From assembly GCA_963795995.1 (NCBI GenBank), contig CAWCJY010000005.1:44726-108725 (forward strand): DNA of 64,000 nucleotides, read 5' to 3'. This stretch comes from an uncultured Actinomycetota bacterium (lineage in GTDB: Bacteria; Actinomycetota; Actinomycetes; Mycobacteriales; Mycobacteriaceae). The translations under genes were made by a program, and so were the position numbers. Below the pieces are notes generated by a model that was not told the DNA's origin, did not search any database, and saw nothing but the letters and a program-made list of their open reading frames with translations. The number at the start of each line of letters is the position of its first letter. Within the stretch, counting starts at the first letter, position 1. Of the stretch, positions 1 to 11,564 are shown piece after piece.

Positions 1-129
1 GCGGTCAACGAGGTGGCCGGAGTCCTCGACACGGCGGCGCTGGTCGATATGCAACGCCAGGTGGCCCGGGGTACACCCGTCCAGTCGGTGGCCGACGCGT
101 GGCTCGGCGAGCACCCGCTGGGGCGTTAG
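1..129 (+). CDS. 3' end of an upstream CDS (partial); possibly an LpqZ/OpuBC-like substrate-binding lipoprotein by synteny only
   Basis: Frame 1 is open from the window edge to TAG at 127-129 (...VADAWLGEHPLGR*). The identity is guessed only from its position next to the Rv1245c-like SDR. 42 aa is too little to assign a family. Confidence 0.35.
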   Translation, partial: AVNEVAGVLDTAALVDMQRQVARGTPVQSVADAWLGEHPLGR

Positions 130-154
130 CCGGAGGTCAAAGCGCCCGCGACGC

Positions 155-982
155 TCACCGAACCGGGATCAGCCGGTCCAACACGGGCTTGAGCAGCCGC
201 TGATATTCCGAACCGGTCAGCCGCACCATCAGGTCGAGCAGTTTGGCGTCCGGGCCGACCAGCACCCGGGCTTTGTTGTCCCGGACCGCGGCCAGGATGG
301 CGACTGCGGCTTGCTGCGGCCGAGTGCTGGCCAGCCGCTTGTCGAACAGCTTGGCCATTTTTTGGGAGTCGACCCCTTCGGCAGCACCGGCGTTGCGGGC
401 GATCGCGGTCTTGATGCCGCCGGGGTGCACCGTGGTCACCTTCACCGGGTGGCCGTTCCGCGTCATCTCCTGGCGCAGCGCCTCGGTGAAGCCACGGACG
501 GCGAATTTGGCCGAGTTGTAGGCGGCCTGCCCGGGAATCGAAAACAGCCCGAACAAGCTGGAGACGTTGATGACGTGGCCGTCACCGGAAGCGATGAGGT
601 GCGGCAGGAAGGCCTTGGTGCCGTTGACGACGCCCCAGAAGTCGACGTCCATCACCCGCTCGATGTCTTTGAACTGGGTGACTTCGACGTCACCGGTGAA
701 AGCGATGCCGGCGTTGTTGTAGATCTGGTTCACCTTGCCGAAGTGGTCGTTGACCTGATCGGCGTAGGCCAGAAACGCTTCGCGTTCGGTGACGTTGAGC
801 CGATCGGCTTTGACCGATGCCCCTAGCACGGTCAGCCGTTCCTCGGTGCGTGCCAGTCCCTTGGTGTCGACGTCACTGATCGCGACTTTGGCGCCCGAGC
901 GGGCCAGCTCGATGGCCAACGCCTGGCCGATGCCCGAACCGGCCCCGGTCACCACCGCGACCTTCCCGGCGAATCCCTCCAC
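155..982 (-). CDS. short-chain dehydrogenase/reductase (SDR), Rv1245c-like
   Basis: 275-aa ORF with the N-terminal Rossmann motif VTGAGSGIGQA (TGxxxGxG), NNAG, and catalytic YNSAK (YxxxK). Confidence 0.9.
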   Translation of the reverse strand: MEGFAGKVAVVTGAGSGIGQALAIELARSGAKVAISDVDTKGLARTEERLTVLGASVKADRLNVTEREAFLAYADQVNDHFGKVNQIYNNAGIAFTGDVEVTQFKDIERVMDVDFWGVVNGTKAFLPHLIASGDGHVINVSSLFGLFSIPGQAAYNSAKFAVRGFTEALRQEMTRNGHPVKVTTVHPGGIKTAIARNAGAAEGVDSQKMAKLFDKRLASTRPQQAAVAILAAVRDNKARVLVGPDAKLLDLMVRLTGSEYQRLLKPVLDRLIPVR

Positions 983-1087
983 GTCCCCTCCTAGCCCCTC
1001 CTGCGCTACCCGCGCGAGCGTGCGTGTTTGTCCGCCGACACGCCGATATCGGTGACACTCTACGCACGCTCGCGCAGGGCTGATCGC

Positions 1088-4000
1088 TCAGCCGAACGCC
1101 AGATCGAGGATCTCCTGCTGTTCGACCGCGTGCACTTTCGACGAGCCCGACGACGGCGCCGACATGGCGCGTCGGGAAATCCGTCTGATTCCGGTCAGTT
1201 TGTCGGGCAGCACCTCGGGTAGCTCCAGGCCGAACCGCGGCCAGGCGCCTTGGTTGGCCGGTTCCTCCTGCACCCAGAAGAACTCCGTCGCGTTCGGATA
1301 ACTCTCCAGGACTTCGTCGAGCCGCCGTTTGGGTAGTGGGGCCAATTGTTCAATGCGCACGATCGCGACGTCGTCGCGGTGCTCGTTGGCTTTCCGCGCG
1401 GCCAGCTCGTAGTACAGCTTGCCGTTGGTCAGCAGCACCCGGCTGACCAGGCTGCGGTCCCCGAAACCGTCCTCGTAGGTAGGCTCTTCGAGCACCGGCC
1501 GGAATTTGATCTCGGTGAAATCCTTGATGTCGCTCACTGCCGCTTTCTGGCGCAGCATCGACTTGGGCGTGAACACGATCAACGGCCGCTGGATGCCGCC
1601 CAAGGCGTGCCGGCGCAACAGGTGGAAGTAGTTCGCCGGTGTTGACGGAGTCGCGATCGTCATCGAACCCTCGGCCCACAACTGCAGGAAACGCTCGATG
1701 CGCCCGGAGGTGTGGTCGGGACCCTGGCCTTCGTGGCCGTGCGGCAGCAACAGCACCACGTTGGACAACTGGCCCCACTTGGCTTCACCGGAGCTGATGA
1801 ACTCGTCGATGATCGACTGCGCGCCGTTGACGAAGTCGCCGAACTGCGCTTCCCACATCACCAGGGCATCAGGGTTGCCGACGGTGTAGCCGTATTCGAA
1901 CCCGACGGCGGCATACTCAGATAGCGGCGAATCGTAGACCAGGAACTTGCCTCCGGTCGGGTTGCCGTCGGCATCGGTGGCCAGCAGTTGCAGCGGAGTG
2001 AACTCCTGACCGGTGTGGCGGTCGATGATCACCGAGTGCCGCTGTGAGAACGTGCCCCGCCGAGTGTCCTGCCCGGACAGCCGCACGAGTTTGCCGTCAG
2101 CCACCAGGGTGCCCAAAGCCAGCAGCTCGCCAAATGCCCAGTCGATCTTGCCTTCGTAAGCCATTTCCCGGCGCTTCTCCAGCACCGGCTTGACTCGCGG
2201 ATGCACGGTGAAGCCGTCCGTCATGGCTAGGTGCGCATCACCGATACGGGCCAGCAAGGACTTGTCCACTGCGGTGGCGACCCGGGTCGGGATCATCTGG
2301 TCGGACTCCACCGATGCGCTCGGTTGCACCGGGTGCTTCTCGAGCTCGCGGACTTCGTTGAAGACACGCTCCAGCTGGCCCTGATAGTCGCGCAGCGCGT
2401 CTTCGGCCTCTTTCATCGAGATGTCGCCGCGACCGATCAGGGCTTCGGTGTAGCTCTTGCGGACACCGCGCTTGGTGTCGATGACGTCGTACATGGCCGG
2501 GTTGGTCATCGACGGGTCGTCACCCTCGTTGTGACCGCGACGCCGGTAACACAGCATGTCGATGATGACGTCTTTCTTGAACTGCTGCCGGAAGTCGACC
2601 GCCAGCCGCGCCACCCACTCGCAGGCCTCCGGGTCATCGCCGTTGACGTGAAAGATCGGCGCTCCGATCATCTTCGCGACGTCGGTCGGGTACTCACTGG
2701 ACTTGGAGCACTCCGGGGAGGTGGTGAACCCGATCTGGTTGTTGACGATGATGTGAATGGTGCCGCCGACGCGGTACCCGGGCAGCAGCGCGAGGTTGAG
2801 CGTCTCGGCGACCACGCCCTGGCCGGCGAAGGCGGCGTCGCCGTGCAGCATCATCGGCACCACCGAGAAGCCTTCGTCGCTGTCACCGCGGTCGAGCAGG
2901 TCCTGTTTGGCCCGCACCAGACCTTCCAATACCGGGTCGACCGCCTCCAGGTGTGACGGGTTGGCGGTCAGCGACACCTGAATGTCATTGTCGCCGAACA
3001 TCTGGATGTAGACGCCGGTCGCCCCGAGGTGGTATTTGACGTCGCCGGAGCCGTGCGCCTGCGACAGATTCAGGTTGCCTTCGAATTCGCTGAAGATCTG
3101 CGAATAGGGCTTACCGACGATGTTGGCCAGCACGTTGAGCCGCCCGCGGTGCGGCATGCCGATCACGACTTCGTCGAGACCGTGCTCGGCGCACTGGTCG
3201 ATGGCGGCATCCATCATCGGGATGACGCATTCCGCGCCCTCCAGCGAAAACCGTTTTTGCCCAACATATTTAGTTTGCAGGAAGGTCTCGAACGCCTCGG
3301 CGGCGTTGAGTTTACTCAGGATGTACTTTTGCTGGGCCACGGTCGGCTTGTCGTGCTTGATCTCAAGCCTGTCCTGCAACCACTCCTGCTGCTCGGGTTC
3401 GAGGATGTGGGTGTACTCCACACCGACGTGGCGGCAGTACGCGTCGCGCAGCACCGAGAGCACGTCGCGCAGTTTCTTGTAGTCCGCGCCGGCGAAACCG
3501 TCGACTTTGAATTCGCGTTCCAAGTCCCACAGCGTGAGCCCGTGGGTCAACACGTCCAGGTCGGGGTGACTGCGGAACCGGGTGTTGTCCAGTTGCAGCG
3601 GATCGATGTCGGCCATCAGGTGGCCGCGGTTGCGGTAGGCGGCGATCAGCTCGATCACCCGGGCGTTCTTGTCGACGATGGAGTCCGGATTGTCCGGACG
3701 CCAGCGCACCGGCTCGTAGGGGACGCTCAGCTCGCGGAAGATGTCGTCCCAGAAGTCGTCGGACAGGATCATCTGGTGCAGAGTGCGCAGGAAATCGCCG
3801 GATTCCGCGCCCTGGATGATGCGGTGGTCGTAGGTCGACGTCAACGTGATCAGTTTGCCGATCCCGAGTTCGGCGATGCGTTCTGGACTGGCGCCCTGAA
3901 ATTCGGCCGGGTATTCCATGGCGCCCACGCCGATGATGGCGCCCTGGCCGGCCATCAGCCGCGGCACGGAGTGCACGGTGCCGATGGTGCCCGGGTTCGT

Positions 4001-4792
4001 CAGCGAAATCGTGACTCCGGCGAAGTCTTCGGCGGTGAGCTTGCCGTCACGGGCCCGGCGTACAACGTCTTCATAGGCGGCGACGAACTGCGCGAAGCGC
4101 ATCTGCTCGGTGCGTTTGATGCCGGCCACCACCAGCGAGCGTTTGCCGTCTTTGCCTTGCAGATCGATGGCCAGGCCCAGATGGGTGTGCGCCGGCGTGA
4201 CGGTGCTGGGCCGTCCCTCGACTTCGGCGAAGTGCCGGTTCATGTTCGGGAACTTCTTGACGGCTTGCACGATCGCGAAGCCGAGCAGGTGGGTGAAGCT
4301 GATCTTGCCGCCGCGGTTGCGCTTGAGTTGGTTGTTGATGACGGTGCGGTTGTCGATCAGCAGTTTGGCCGGCATGGCGCGGACGCTGGTCGCCGTGGGT
4401 ACCTCCAGCGACGTGGACATGTTCTTGACGACCGCAGCTGCCGCGCCCCGTAGCACCTGCACCTCCTCGTCGTCAGCCGGCGCGGGAGCCGCCGGTTTGG
4501 GCGGTGCCGGGGCCGCGGCGGTCACAGTAGCTTGGGCGGGCGGGGCCGGGGGGTTGCCCGCCGCAGCAGGCGGTGGCGCCGGCGCGGTGGCCGTTGTCGT
4601 GGCCGCCCGCCCGGCGGTCGCGCCGGCTTGGCCGTCGGTGGCGGATGGTGTCTCGCCGGCAGGCTCCGGGTTGTAGTCGACCAGAAACTCGTGCCAACTC
4701 GGGTCGACCGAGGAGGGATCGTCGCGAAACTTGCGGTACATCTCCTCGACCAGCCATTCGTTTTGACCGAATGGTGAATTTGTACTGCTCAC
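1088..4792 (-). CDS. kgd: multifunctional 2-oxoglutarate decarboxylase/dehydrogenase E1 component Kgd (SucA-like)
   Basis: 1234-aa ORF. N-terminus [37 protein letters not shown] is followed by an Ala/Pro-rich linker, an acyltransferase-like segment ([14 protein letters not shown]) and ThDP-dependent E1o core motifs. Length and position match Rv1248c. Confidence 0.97.
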   Translation of the reverse strand: MSSTNSPFGQNEWLVEEMYRKFRDDPSSVDPSWHEFLVDYNPEPAGETPSATDGQAGATAGRAATTTATAPAPPPAAAGNPPAPPAQATVTAAAPAPPKPAAPAPADDEEVQVLRGAAAAVVKNMSTSLEVPTATSVRAMPAKLLIDNRTVINNQLKRNRGGKISFTHLLGFAIVQAVKKFPNMNRHFAEVEGRPSTVTPAHTHLGLAIDLQGKDGKRSLVVAGIKRTEQMRFAQFVAAYEDVVRRARDGKLTAEDFAGVTISLTNPGTIGTVHSVPRLMAGQGAIIGVGAMEYPAEFQGASPERIAELGIGKLITLTSTYDHRIIQGAESGDFLRTLHQMILSDDFWDDIFRELSVPYEPVRWRPDNPDSIVDKNARVIELIAAYRNRGHLMADIDPLQLDNTRFRSHPDLDVLTHGLTLWDLEREFKVDGFAGADYKKLRDVLSVLRDAYCRHVGVEYTHILEPEQQEWLQDRLEIKHDKPTVAQQKYILSKLNAAEAFETFLQTKYVGQKRFSLEGAECVIPMMDAAIDQCAEHGLDEVVIGMPHRGRLNVLANIVGKPYSQIFSEFEGNLNLSQAHGSGDVKYHLGATGVYIQMFGDNDIQVSLTANPSHLEAVDPVLEGLVRAKQDLLDRGDSDEGFSVVPMMLHGDAAFAGQGVVAETLNLALLPGYRVGGTIHIIVNNQIGFTTSPECSKSSEYPTDVAKMIGAPIFHVNGDDPEACEWVARLAVDFRQQFKKDVIIDMLCYRRRGHNEGDDPSMTNPAMYDVIDTKRGVRKSYTEALIGRGDISMKEAEDALRDYQGQLERVFNEVRELEKHPVQPSASVESDQMIPTRVATAVDKSLLARIGDAHLAMTDGFTVHPRVKPVLEKRREMAYEGKIDWAFGELLALGTLVADGKLVRLSGQDTRRGTFSQRHSVIIDRHTGQEFTPLQLLATDADGNPTGGKFLVYDSPLSEYAAVGFEYGYTVGNPDALVMWEAQFGDFVNGAQSIIDEFISSGEAKWGQLSNVVLLLPHGHEGQGPDHTSGRIERFLQLWAEGSMTIATPSTPANYFHLLRRHALGGIQRPLIVFTPKSMLRQKAAVSDIKDFTEIKFRPVLEEPTYEDGFGDRSLVSRVLLTNGKLYYELAARKANEHRDDVAIVRIEQLAPLPKRRLDEVLESYPNATEFFWVQEEPANQGAWPRFGLELPEVLPDKLTGIRRISRRAMSAPSSGSSKVHAVEQQEILDLAFG

Positions 4793-4997
4793 GGCAGCTA
4801 CTCGCCTCGATTCGTCTTAAGGGCAAGTGCCGCAGTGACGCTTGCCACTTGTGGCGCTCAGATGTCCGGCGCCGTTCTCGCCTGCGGCGGACGCGATGAT
4901 TCCGCCCTTATAAAGGCTAACCTTTTGGCGCCGATACGCCAGGTGTGTAACACCGGCCACGAACACGCCGAGCACGCGTGCCCGGAAGCCGCCCGCG

Positions 4998-5765
4998 TCA
5001 GCTGATGCGGTGAACTCCTGGCAATACGTGCAACGTAACCGGCCAGCGCGCCGGCGGGGCGCCGAACGCCTTGCGGGCGTTACGGACGATCTTCTTACCC
5101 GCCATCCGGTTCCCTATCGCGCCGATCACCGCACCGATACCGACCGGCAGCAGTTTGCCGATCAACAGGGCGCTGCGCCGCAGCGTGTACCGCTTCACGG
5201 CATGTTTGAGCAGTCGCGCGTTCAGCTGTGACACCGCCGGCATCGGCAGTGACGCGACACCCTCGGTCACCCACGCTCCACCAGTGCGGCCGGGACCGAT
5301 CAGTTCGGCGATGGCGCGTTTGCTGTCATCGCCGACCAGCACCGCCAGCACCAGCGCGCGGCGTCGTTCCCGGTGGTCGGCGGGAACACCGTAGACGTCA
5401 GCGACCGCCAGCACGAATACCGCCGTGGCTTCGAGGAATACCACCGTTTCACCGGCGGCCGCGGAGAGCGCGGCCAGCGTGCCGACGCCGGGGAAGGCTG
5501 CCGTTGAACCAACGGCCGCCCCGCTGCCGGTGATCGCGGTCAGGTACCGCTTCTCCAGCTTCCGGACGATGTCGGCCGGTGTGGCGGCCGGGTGAGCACG
5601 GCGGAGCCGCTGCACATAGGCCTTGGCGGCCGGGCCCTGCACCCGGGAGCTGCGCTCGATGACTTGCGCTAAAGCCTTTGCGGATGCCTTAGGCCGACCA
5701 TGGGTGGGGCCGGGCAGTGGGTCGGGCCTCGACCGGCTCCGTCGGCTCATGATCCTCGACTCCAT
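4998..5765 (-). CDS. conserved membrane protein, Rv1249c-like
   Basis: 255-aa ORF with a basic N-terminus and hydrophobic Gly/Ala-rich segments (GSGAAVGSTAAFPGVGTLAAL, LLPVGIGAVIGAIG). It sits between kgd and the divergent MFS gene. The start may be the internal Met at residue 6. Confidence 0.6.
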   Translation of the reverse strand: MESRIMSRRSRSRPDPLPGPTHGRPKASAKALAQVIERSSRVQGPAAKAYVQRLRRAHPAATPADIVRKLEKRYLTAITGSGAAVGSTAAFPGVGTLAALSAAAGETVVFLEATAVFVLAVADVYGVPADHRERRRALVLAVLVGDDSKRAIAELIGPGRTGGAWVTEGVASLPMPAVSQLNARLLKHAVKRYTLRRSALLIGKLLPVGIGAVIGAIGNRMAGKKIVRNARKAFGAPPARWPVTLHVLPGVHRIS

Positions 5766-6080
5766 CGTGCTCTGGTCTGCGGGCCGGGACCCGGCCCGAT
5801 CACCGCTGGGGCGGTGAGGTCCTTTCAGGCTAACGCTGTCGCCAGGAGCACTGCTCTCAACGCACCGGCGCTGCCCCGCCGCATGGATTTGTCCTGCCCG
5901 ACGTCGGCCCCGTAGCGTCGAAGGTGATCATTCCGCTCCGGAGGAAACCCGCGTGACATCAACGACGATGACGCGGTGCATTGACCCGGGACGGAGCCGG
6001 CGATGAGAGTCGCCAACTGGCCACAGAGGTATCCACGGGCATCGTCGGGTATCTCAGGGTGTGTCGCGGGGAGGTGAGAC

Positions 6081-8090
6081 ATGACCACGGCGACGACGCG
6101 GCCGCGACCCGGGGGAGCCGCTCGAAGCGCGCTGGGGTGGCCGGGCAACCGGACGAGTCCTTATGACCCATGGCGCGCGCTGTGGGCGATGATGGTCGGC
6201 TTTTTCATGATCTTGGTCGACTCAACCATCGTTGCGGTAGCCAATCCCAGCATCATGGGCAAGTTGGGCACCGGCTACGACACGGTGATTTGGGTGACCA
6301 GCGCCTACCTGCTCGCCTATGCGGTGCCGTTGCTGGTGGCGGGCCGGCTGGGTGACCGGTTCGGCACGAAGAACCTCTACATGCTCGGACTATTGGTGTT
6401 CACCGCCGCCTCGCTGTGGTGCGGAATGTCCGGCAGTATCGAAATCCTGATCGCGGCACGGGTGGTCCAGGGAGTGGGCGCCGGCCTGCTGACGCCGCAG
6501 ACCTTGTCGATGATCACCCGGATCTTCCCCGCTGAGCGCCGCGGAGTGGCGATGAGCGTGTGGGGCGCTACCGCCGGCGTGGCTACCCTGGTCGGCCCGC
6601 TCGCCGGGGGTGCGCTGGTCGATGCGTTCGGTTGGGAATGGATTTTCTTTATCAATGTCCCCATCGGAATTCTCGGCTTGGCACTGGCGGTGTGGCTCGT
6701 CCCGGTGCTGCCGACTCACGATCACCGGTTCGACCTGGTTGCCGTCGGATTGTCGGGCGCTGGGATGTTTTTGATCGTCTTCGCTCTGCAGGAAGGTCAG
6801 TCGGCTGGGTGGCCACCGTGGATCTGGGCGGTATTGGTTGCCGGCATCGGGTTGGCGGCGACGTTCGTCTATTGGCAATCGGTCAACACCCGCGAGCCAC
6901 TGATCCCGCTGGAAATCTTTCAGGACCGGTACTTCAGCCTTTCCAACGTCGGGGTGGTGGTCATCGGGTTCTCGACCACCGCGATGGTGCTGCCGCTGAT
7001 GTTCTATGCGCAGGCGGTCTGTGGGCTGTCGCCGACCCGCTCGGCGCTGCTGATGGCCCCGATGGCTATCACCAGTGGAGTGCTCGCCCCGGTCGCCGGC
7101 AAACTCGTCGACAGATACCACCCCGGGCCGGTAATCGGTCTCGGATTTTCGGTGCTGGCGATTGCTCTGACCTGGCTGTCGATCGAGATGACGCCGACCA
7201 GCGCGATCTGGCGGCTGGTGTTGCCTTTCGTCGTGATGGGCGCGGGCAACGCATTCATCTGGGCGCCGTTGGCCGCCACCGCGACCAGGAACCTGCCGCC
7301 GCATCTGGCGGGCGCCAGTTCCGGTGTGTACAACGCCACCCGTCAGGTCGGTGCCGTGCTCGGCAGCGCCGGCATGGCCGCATTCATGACGTCACGAATC
7401 GGTGCCGAACTGCCGTCGGGCTCCGGCGGGCATGCGACCGGTGCGCAAGGCTCCGTCTTGCAAATGCCCAGATTTCTGCGCGAGCCGTTCTCGGCCGCGA
7501 TGTCTCAGTCGACCCTGCTGCCGGCGTTTGTCGCACTGTTCGGGGTCGCCGCCGCACTGTTGATGATCGGCATCGGCAGTTCGGTGCTGACCCGCGGGGC
7601 AGGAGTGCGCTCAAGTGATCACCGGCAGCGGCCGCCTGCCTTCGTCGACGACGTTGTCGACGATGAGGACGACGATGCCTACGTCGAGTTCACCCTTACC
7701 CGCGAACCCGAAGCGGGCCGCGGGTCCGACGCCCGGACCCGACCGGCCCGCCCGCGGAGGGACGACGACACCGACCCGCTGGCCTCCCGCGTTGACCGGT
7801 ATGGCCGACTGCCCGAGGAAGCTCTGCGCAGCAACGGCTTTCATTCCGACGACGAGCTGCACACTCATCCGCTGATTCATCTCGCGACGCCCGCTGGTGA
7901 GCCGGATTCCACCGACGCGATAACGGAGCGCCACTTCTTCGACGACGTTGGGGAGATCAGCTTCGAGGACCTATGGTCCGGCAAGGCGGCACGCCACCAG
8001 TCGAGCGCGGACCAGTTACCGAGTAATCGGCACTACCGCGTCGATCCCGACCAATCGGGCAACTACGGCCGGCATTCCTCCCCGGACTGA
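6081..8090 (+). CDS. MFS drug:H+ antiporter (EmrB/QacA-like, about 14 TMS) with a long hydrophilic C-terminal tail, Rv1250-like
   Basis: 669-aa ORF preceded by GGGGAGGTGAGAC-ATG (Shine-Dalgarno). It has typical MFS motifs ([14 protein letters not shown], multiple hydrophobic helices). The last ~165 aa are acidic and disordered. Confidence 0.85.
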   Translation: MTTATTRPRPGGAARSALGWPGNRTSPYDPWRALWAMMVGFFMILVDSTIVAVANPSIMGKLGTGYDTVIWVTSAYLLAYAVPLLVAGRLGDRFGTKNLYMLGLLVFTAASLWCGMSGSIEILIAARVVQGVGAGLLTPQTLSMITRIFPAERRGVAMSVWGATAGVATLVGPLAGGALVDAFGWEWIFFINVPIGILGLALAVWLVPVLPTHDHRFDLVAVGLSGAGMFLIVFALQEGQSAGWPPWIWAVLVAGIGLAATFVYWQSVNTREPLIPLEIFQDRYFSLSNVGVVVIGFSTTAMVLPLMFYAQAVCGLSPTRSALLMAPMAITSGVLAPVAGKLVDRYHPGPVIGLGFSVLAIALTWLSIEMTPTSAIWRLVLPFVVMGAGNAFIWAPLAATATRNLPPHLAGASSGVYNATRQVGAVLGSAGMAAFMTSRIGAELPSGSGGHATGAQGSVLQMPRFLREPFSAAMSQSTLLPAFVALFGVAAALLMIGIGSSVLTRGAGVRSSDHRQRPPAFVDDVVDDEDDDAYVEFTLTREPEAGRGSDARTRPARPRRDDDTDPLASRVDRYGRLPEEALRSNGFHSDDELHTHPLIHLATPAGEPDSTDAITERHFFDDVGEISFEDLWSGKAARHQSSADQLPSNRHYRVDPDQSGNYGRHSSPD

Positions 8091-8108
8091 CTAGGCTTCA
8101 GCTGTCTA

Positions 8109-11100
8109 TTACGTTGTGCCCGGAGCGGTCAGCGCCAAGAACGCGCCCAATTCCACCAGGCTCGCGGGCGTTGCGGGCAGGTAGTCGGTGAGTAGCTCCG
8201 AGCGCACGATCACCGCGGCATACTGCGCGCGGCTCACAGCCACATTGAGTCGATTCCGGTTGAGCAGAAACGACATCCCGCGCGGCACCTCGTCGACCGA
8301 GGAAGCCGTCATGGAGATGAAGACGACCGGCGCCTCCGCACCCTGAAACTTGTCGACGGTTCCAACCCGTATCGAGGCGAGTCCCGCGGTGGCCAGCCGC
8401 TCGCGTATCAGCACCACCTGAGCGTTGTACGGCGCTAGCACCAGCACATCAGAGGTCCGCAACGGTCGGCGACCCTGCTCGTCTGTCCACGGCGAGCCGA
8501 GCCGCCGCTTGATCTCCTCGACGATGACGTCGGCTTCCTCTGGGCTGGCGGTCGAGTTGCCTTGATGGGCAACCGCGAGTACCTGGACGCCCGGAGCGCA
8601 CCCTTCCAGGTGACGTGCGGCGGTGTGATCGTCATCGGACCGCAATCGGCCTCCGTAGGACAGCCGCGAGACCGCGGCGCAGACCGTAGGGTGCATCCGG
8701 TATGAGCGGTCCAGAAAGTAGCCGCGTTCGGCGGGCAATGTGCGCTGACCCTCGACGAGCCAACCCAACGCGGAAATGTCGACGGGCTCGGGATGAGTGC
8801 CTTGACTGACCTGAGGCAGCTGCTGCGGATCGCCCAGCAACATTAAGTTAAGCGCTGCCGGTGCTACTGCGATCGTGTTGGCCAGACAGAACTGACCGGC
8901 CTCGTCAATCACCAGCAGGTCCAAGCTTCCGGGCGGCACGCGACCGGCATTGGCGAAATCCCAGGCTGTTCCCCCGATTAAGCGTCCCGCGGTGCCGGTG
9001 ATGAAGTCGGCATACTGGGCCTCGTCGATCTGCTGCCAGGGCGCCTCGTCGCGGCCATAGCGCTTCTTCGCCACGCGCCCCGGATCGACACCAGCTGAAA
9101 TCGCGCATCTCAGCAGGTTTTCCACTACGGCATGCGATTGCGCGACGACACCGATCCGCCACTTGTGGTTCGCAAGAAGCTGTTTGATCACTCGCGCCGC
9201 AGTGTAGGTTTTACCCGTTCCTGGCGGCCCGTGCACTGCCAGGTACGACGAGTCCAAGTTCAGCAGTGCTGTAGTGATGTCGTGTGCGATGTCAGCGCCA
9301 CGCGGCAGCGCAGCGCCGCCGCGGGTTCGGGGCGGGCGGCGCAGCAGAATGTCGACGATGGCCGTATGGGGTAGCTGCGGCAACGCCGCAGCAACATCTG
9401 CGGCAGTCGACTCGATCGATTGCCGCAAGTTCGTCGTTGCGATGGGTCGCCCGGGAGCCAGCGCGAACGGCAATTGCTCGAAGGTGCTGCCGTCCTGCGC
9501 CGTCCGCTCCACTATCAGCACTTCAGTCGGCACCGTCGAATCGTCAGCAAAAACGACTTCGGCGGGTCCCGCCGCCCGACGATCAATGCCGTCGGCCATC
9601 CCCGCCGGTGCCGGCGGCTCGTAGAGCGCGAACACTGCCGATTTGAGCTCGCCGCGGGCCAGTTGACCGGTCAGCCGCAGCCGTCGCTGCGGCTTGCGTG
9701 CGCGTGGCGGCTTATGCCAGTCAACTGCCACCTTCGCCTGCTCGACAACGAACACGTCGGTGTCATCCGCCCATTCGTCGATGGGATGGTTCAGCCGGTC
9801 GAAATGGGCCCACCAGAACGGTTTATCCTCGCGCCGGTGATACCCCCTCGCTGCAGCCACCAGGGCCGCCGCCTGCCGCTCGGGGGAGCGCTGGTGAGGT
9901 GCCGCGTCGCCGACGAACTCTGACAGGGTCACCGCCACCGCGTCACGATGCTCGACGTTATCGCCGTCCGGGACGGGTTGAGCACCGCGCGGAGTGGTGC
10001 CGGATTCGAACGCCCGCATCAGCAGCCAGTCGCGCAGCGCACGGGTCGACCGGCAATCGTAGTGGTTATAGTCCTCGATCTCTTTGAGCACGGTGACGGC
10101 TTCGTCGGTGCGGCCGCTGACGCGCAGCTCGCAGAACCGGCCGTACTGGCTGATCGAGTCCGTGGCGGTGGTCACCTCTCCCGAACGCGATTCGTTGCCC
10201 ATGAACAGCGGCTCGAGCGCCTTGAGACTGAAAGATTCAGCACCTACCCGAAAAGCTTTACGCACAATGGGATACAGGTCGACCAGCGTTCCGCTGCGCA
10301 GTAGGTCATCGACCTCATCCTCACCGACGCCGTAGCGCCCGGCCAAGCGTAGCAACGTAGTCTTCTCGTACGGTGCGTAGTGGTAGATGTGCATGTCCGG
10401 GTAACGTTTTCGGCGCTTGGCCACCAGTGTCAGGAATTTGAGAAATACCTCTCGCTCCTCGGCCCGGTTGTGCGCCCACAGCGGATGAAAACCGTTCTTG
10501 CGCCCGGCCGCCAGCACACCGAACAGGTATTCCAGACCCCAACGAGTGCCGTCGTCGGTCCACAACGGATCCCCCTCGAAATCGAAGAACAGGTCACCGT
10601 CGCTGGGATCGGGTAGCAGCGCCAGCGGTTGCGGATCAGCCACCTCGAATTGAGGAACACCGGTATCCCTCTCCAATACGCGCAGTTTCGCCTGTGCAAT
10701 CAGCTTTTCTTGGGCACGTCGGGGCATGTCAGGTACCGGCGCGGTGCGCTCGGCGAGCTCTGTGACGGTGTTGATGCCGGCGTCGAGCAGTTTGGCTCGT
10801 TGACTCATCCGCATACCGGCGATCAACAACACGTCGTCGGAGTTGCGCACCTGTTCGTGACACTGCGGACAGCGGAAGCAGGCTCGCACCTGTTCGTCCT
10901 CCCAGCGCACCGGGCTACCGCTCGCATAGTGGCTGTCGAGGACTTGCTGTAGTCGCGTGCGCTGTGAGCGGTAGACCGGGATCAGTTCGTCGATTCGATA
11001 CCGCGCGACGGCGCCGTCACCCAGGATCAATTCGGCCTCCGGCGCCACCGGGATGTGCGCGCGCGCCAACGTGTCGGCATAGGCGGCCAGCTGCAGCAGG

Positions 11101-11546
11101 GCGGTGACTTTGGCGGAGCGGGCCAGCTTAGTGTCGGTGACGCGGTATCCCTCGGGCACCCGAACGAGGAAGTCGGCGAACCCGATGAACCGGCCGTCGA
11201 ACATCGCGGCTTGATACACCACCGGAGCCTGGCCGGCGATGGCCAGCTGAGTCGCCGTGGCGGCGGCGGTCAGACCTGCAACGGTGTAAGCGGGACGGCC
11301 GATGATGGTGACCGCGCCGAACTCGGCACCCAGCAGTTCGAGTCGGCGTCGCTCATGGTCGTCACCGAGAGCGGCGGTCCGGGCCAGCAAGTCGTCCTCG
11401 ACCGAGACGGCGGCGGCCCACCCCAGTCTCGCGTCGAACTGGCGCAACAAGGCGTATTCGCACTGCGACGCCACCGCGAGGTCCGACGCGCTGTAAAGGA
11501 CGACGTCATCGATGACCAACACAGCAGTAACTGTAGGTGCGCGCAC
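8109..11546 (-). CDS. RecB-family nuclease fused to SF1 (DNA2/Upf1-like) helicase, Rv1251c-like
   Basis: 1145-aa ORF. The N-terminal PD-(D/E)xK-like segment is GFADFLVRVPEGYRVTDTKLARS. The C-terminal helicase has Walker A VHGPPGTGKTYT and Walker B LLVIDEAGQ. Length is close to Rv1251c. Confidence 0.85.
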   Translation of the reverse strand: MRAPTVTAVLVIDDVVLYSASDLAVASQCEYALLRQFDARLGWAAAVSVEDDLLARTAALGDDHERRRLELLGAEFGAVTIIGRPAYTVAGLTAAATATQLAIAGQAPVVYQAAMFDGRFIGFADFLVRVPEGYRVTDTKLARSAKVTALLQLAAYADTLARAHIPVAPEAELILGDGAVARYRIDELIPVYRSQRTRLQQVLDSHYASGSPVRWEDEQVRACFRCPQCHEQVRNSDDVLLIAGMRMSQRAKLLDAGINTVTELAERTAPVPDMPRRAQEKLIAQAKLRVLERDTGVPQFEVADPQPLALLPDPSDGDLFFDFEGDPLWTDDGTRWGLEYLFGVLAAGRKNGFHPLWAHNRAEEREVFLKFLTLVAKRRKRYPDMHIYHYAPYEKTTLLRLAGRYGVGEDEVDDLLRSGTLVDLYPIVRKAFRVGAESFSLKALEPLFMGNESRSGEVTTATDSISQYGRFCELRVSGRTDEAVTVLKEIEDYNHYDCRSTRALRDWLLMRAFESGTTPRGAQPVPDGDNVEHRDAVAVTLSEFVGDAAPHQRSPERQAAALVAAARGYHRREDKPFWWAHFDRLNHPIDEWADDTDVFVVEQAKVAVDWHKPPRARKPQRRLRLTGQLARGELKSAVFALYEPPAPAGMADGIDRRAAGPAEVVFADDSTVPTEVLIVERTAQDGSTFEQLPFALAPGRPIATTNLRQSIESTAADVAAALPQLPHTAIVDILLRRPPRTRGGAALPRGADIAHDITTALLNLDSSYLAVHGPPGTGKTYTAARVIKQLLANHKWRIGVVAQSHAVVENLLRCAISAGVDPGRVAKKRYGRDEAPWQQIDEAQYADFITGTAGRLIGGTAWDFANAGRVPPGSLDLLVIDEAGQFCLANTIAVAPAALNLMLLGDPQQLPQVSQGTHPEPVDISALGWLVEGQRTLPAERGYFLDRSYRMHPTVCAAVSRLSYGGRLRSDDDHTAARHLEGCAPGVQVLAVAHQGNSTASPEEADVIVEEIKRRLGSPWTDEQGRRPLRTSDVLVLAPYNAQVVLIRERLATAGLASIRVGTVDKFQGAEAPVVFISMTASSVDEVPRGMSFLLNRNRLNVAVSRAQYAAVIVRSELLTDYLPATPASLVELGAFLALTAPGTT

Positions 11547-11564
11547 CGACAGGTTCGGGTGGCG

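Noticed and set aside
3029-4453. Very long ORFs antisense to real genes. Examples are 3029-4453 (+) opposite kgd, 19189-20571 (+) opposite the FAD oxidase, 55247-56308 (-) opposite cysD, 15313-16503 (-), 6390-7304 (-) and 22216-23175 (-).
   Set aside because: These are typical GC-rich shadow ORFs. Their translations are Arg/Gly/Pro/His-rich with no recognisable motifs, and the opposite strand carries strongly motif-supported genes.
4806-4860. Short inverted repeat GGCAAG...CTTGCC in the kgd 5' leader, considered as a possible riboswitch or attenuator.
   Set aside because: The stem is 6 bp with a ~14-nt loop, and I know of no conserved motif there. It is too weak to report.
5781-5797. Perfect 17-bp palindrome GGGCCGGGACCCGGCCC in the Rv1249c-like/MFS divergent region, considered as a possible operator.
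   Set aside because: An 8+1+8 inverted repeat made only of G/C is expected about once by chance in a 64-kb GC-rich window. No second copy or supporting context was seen.
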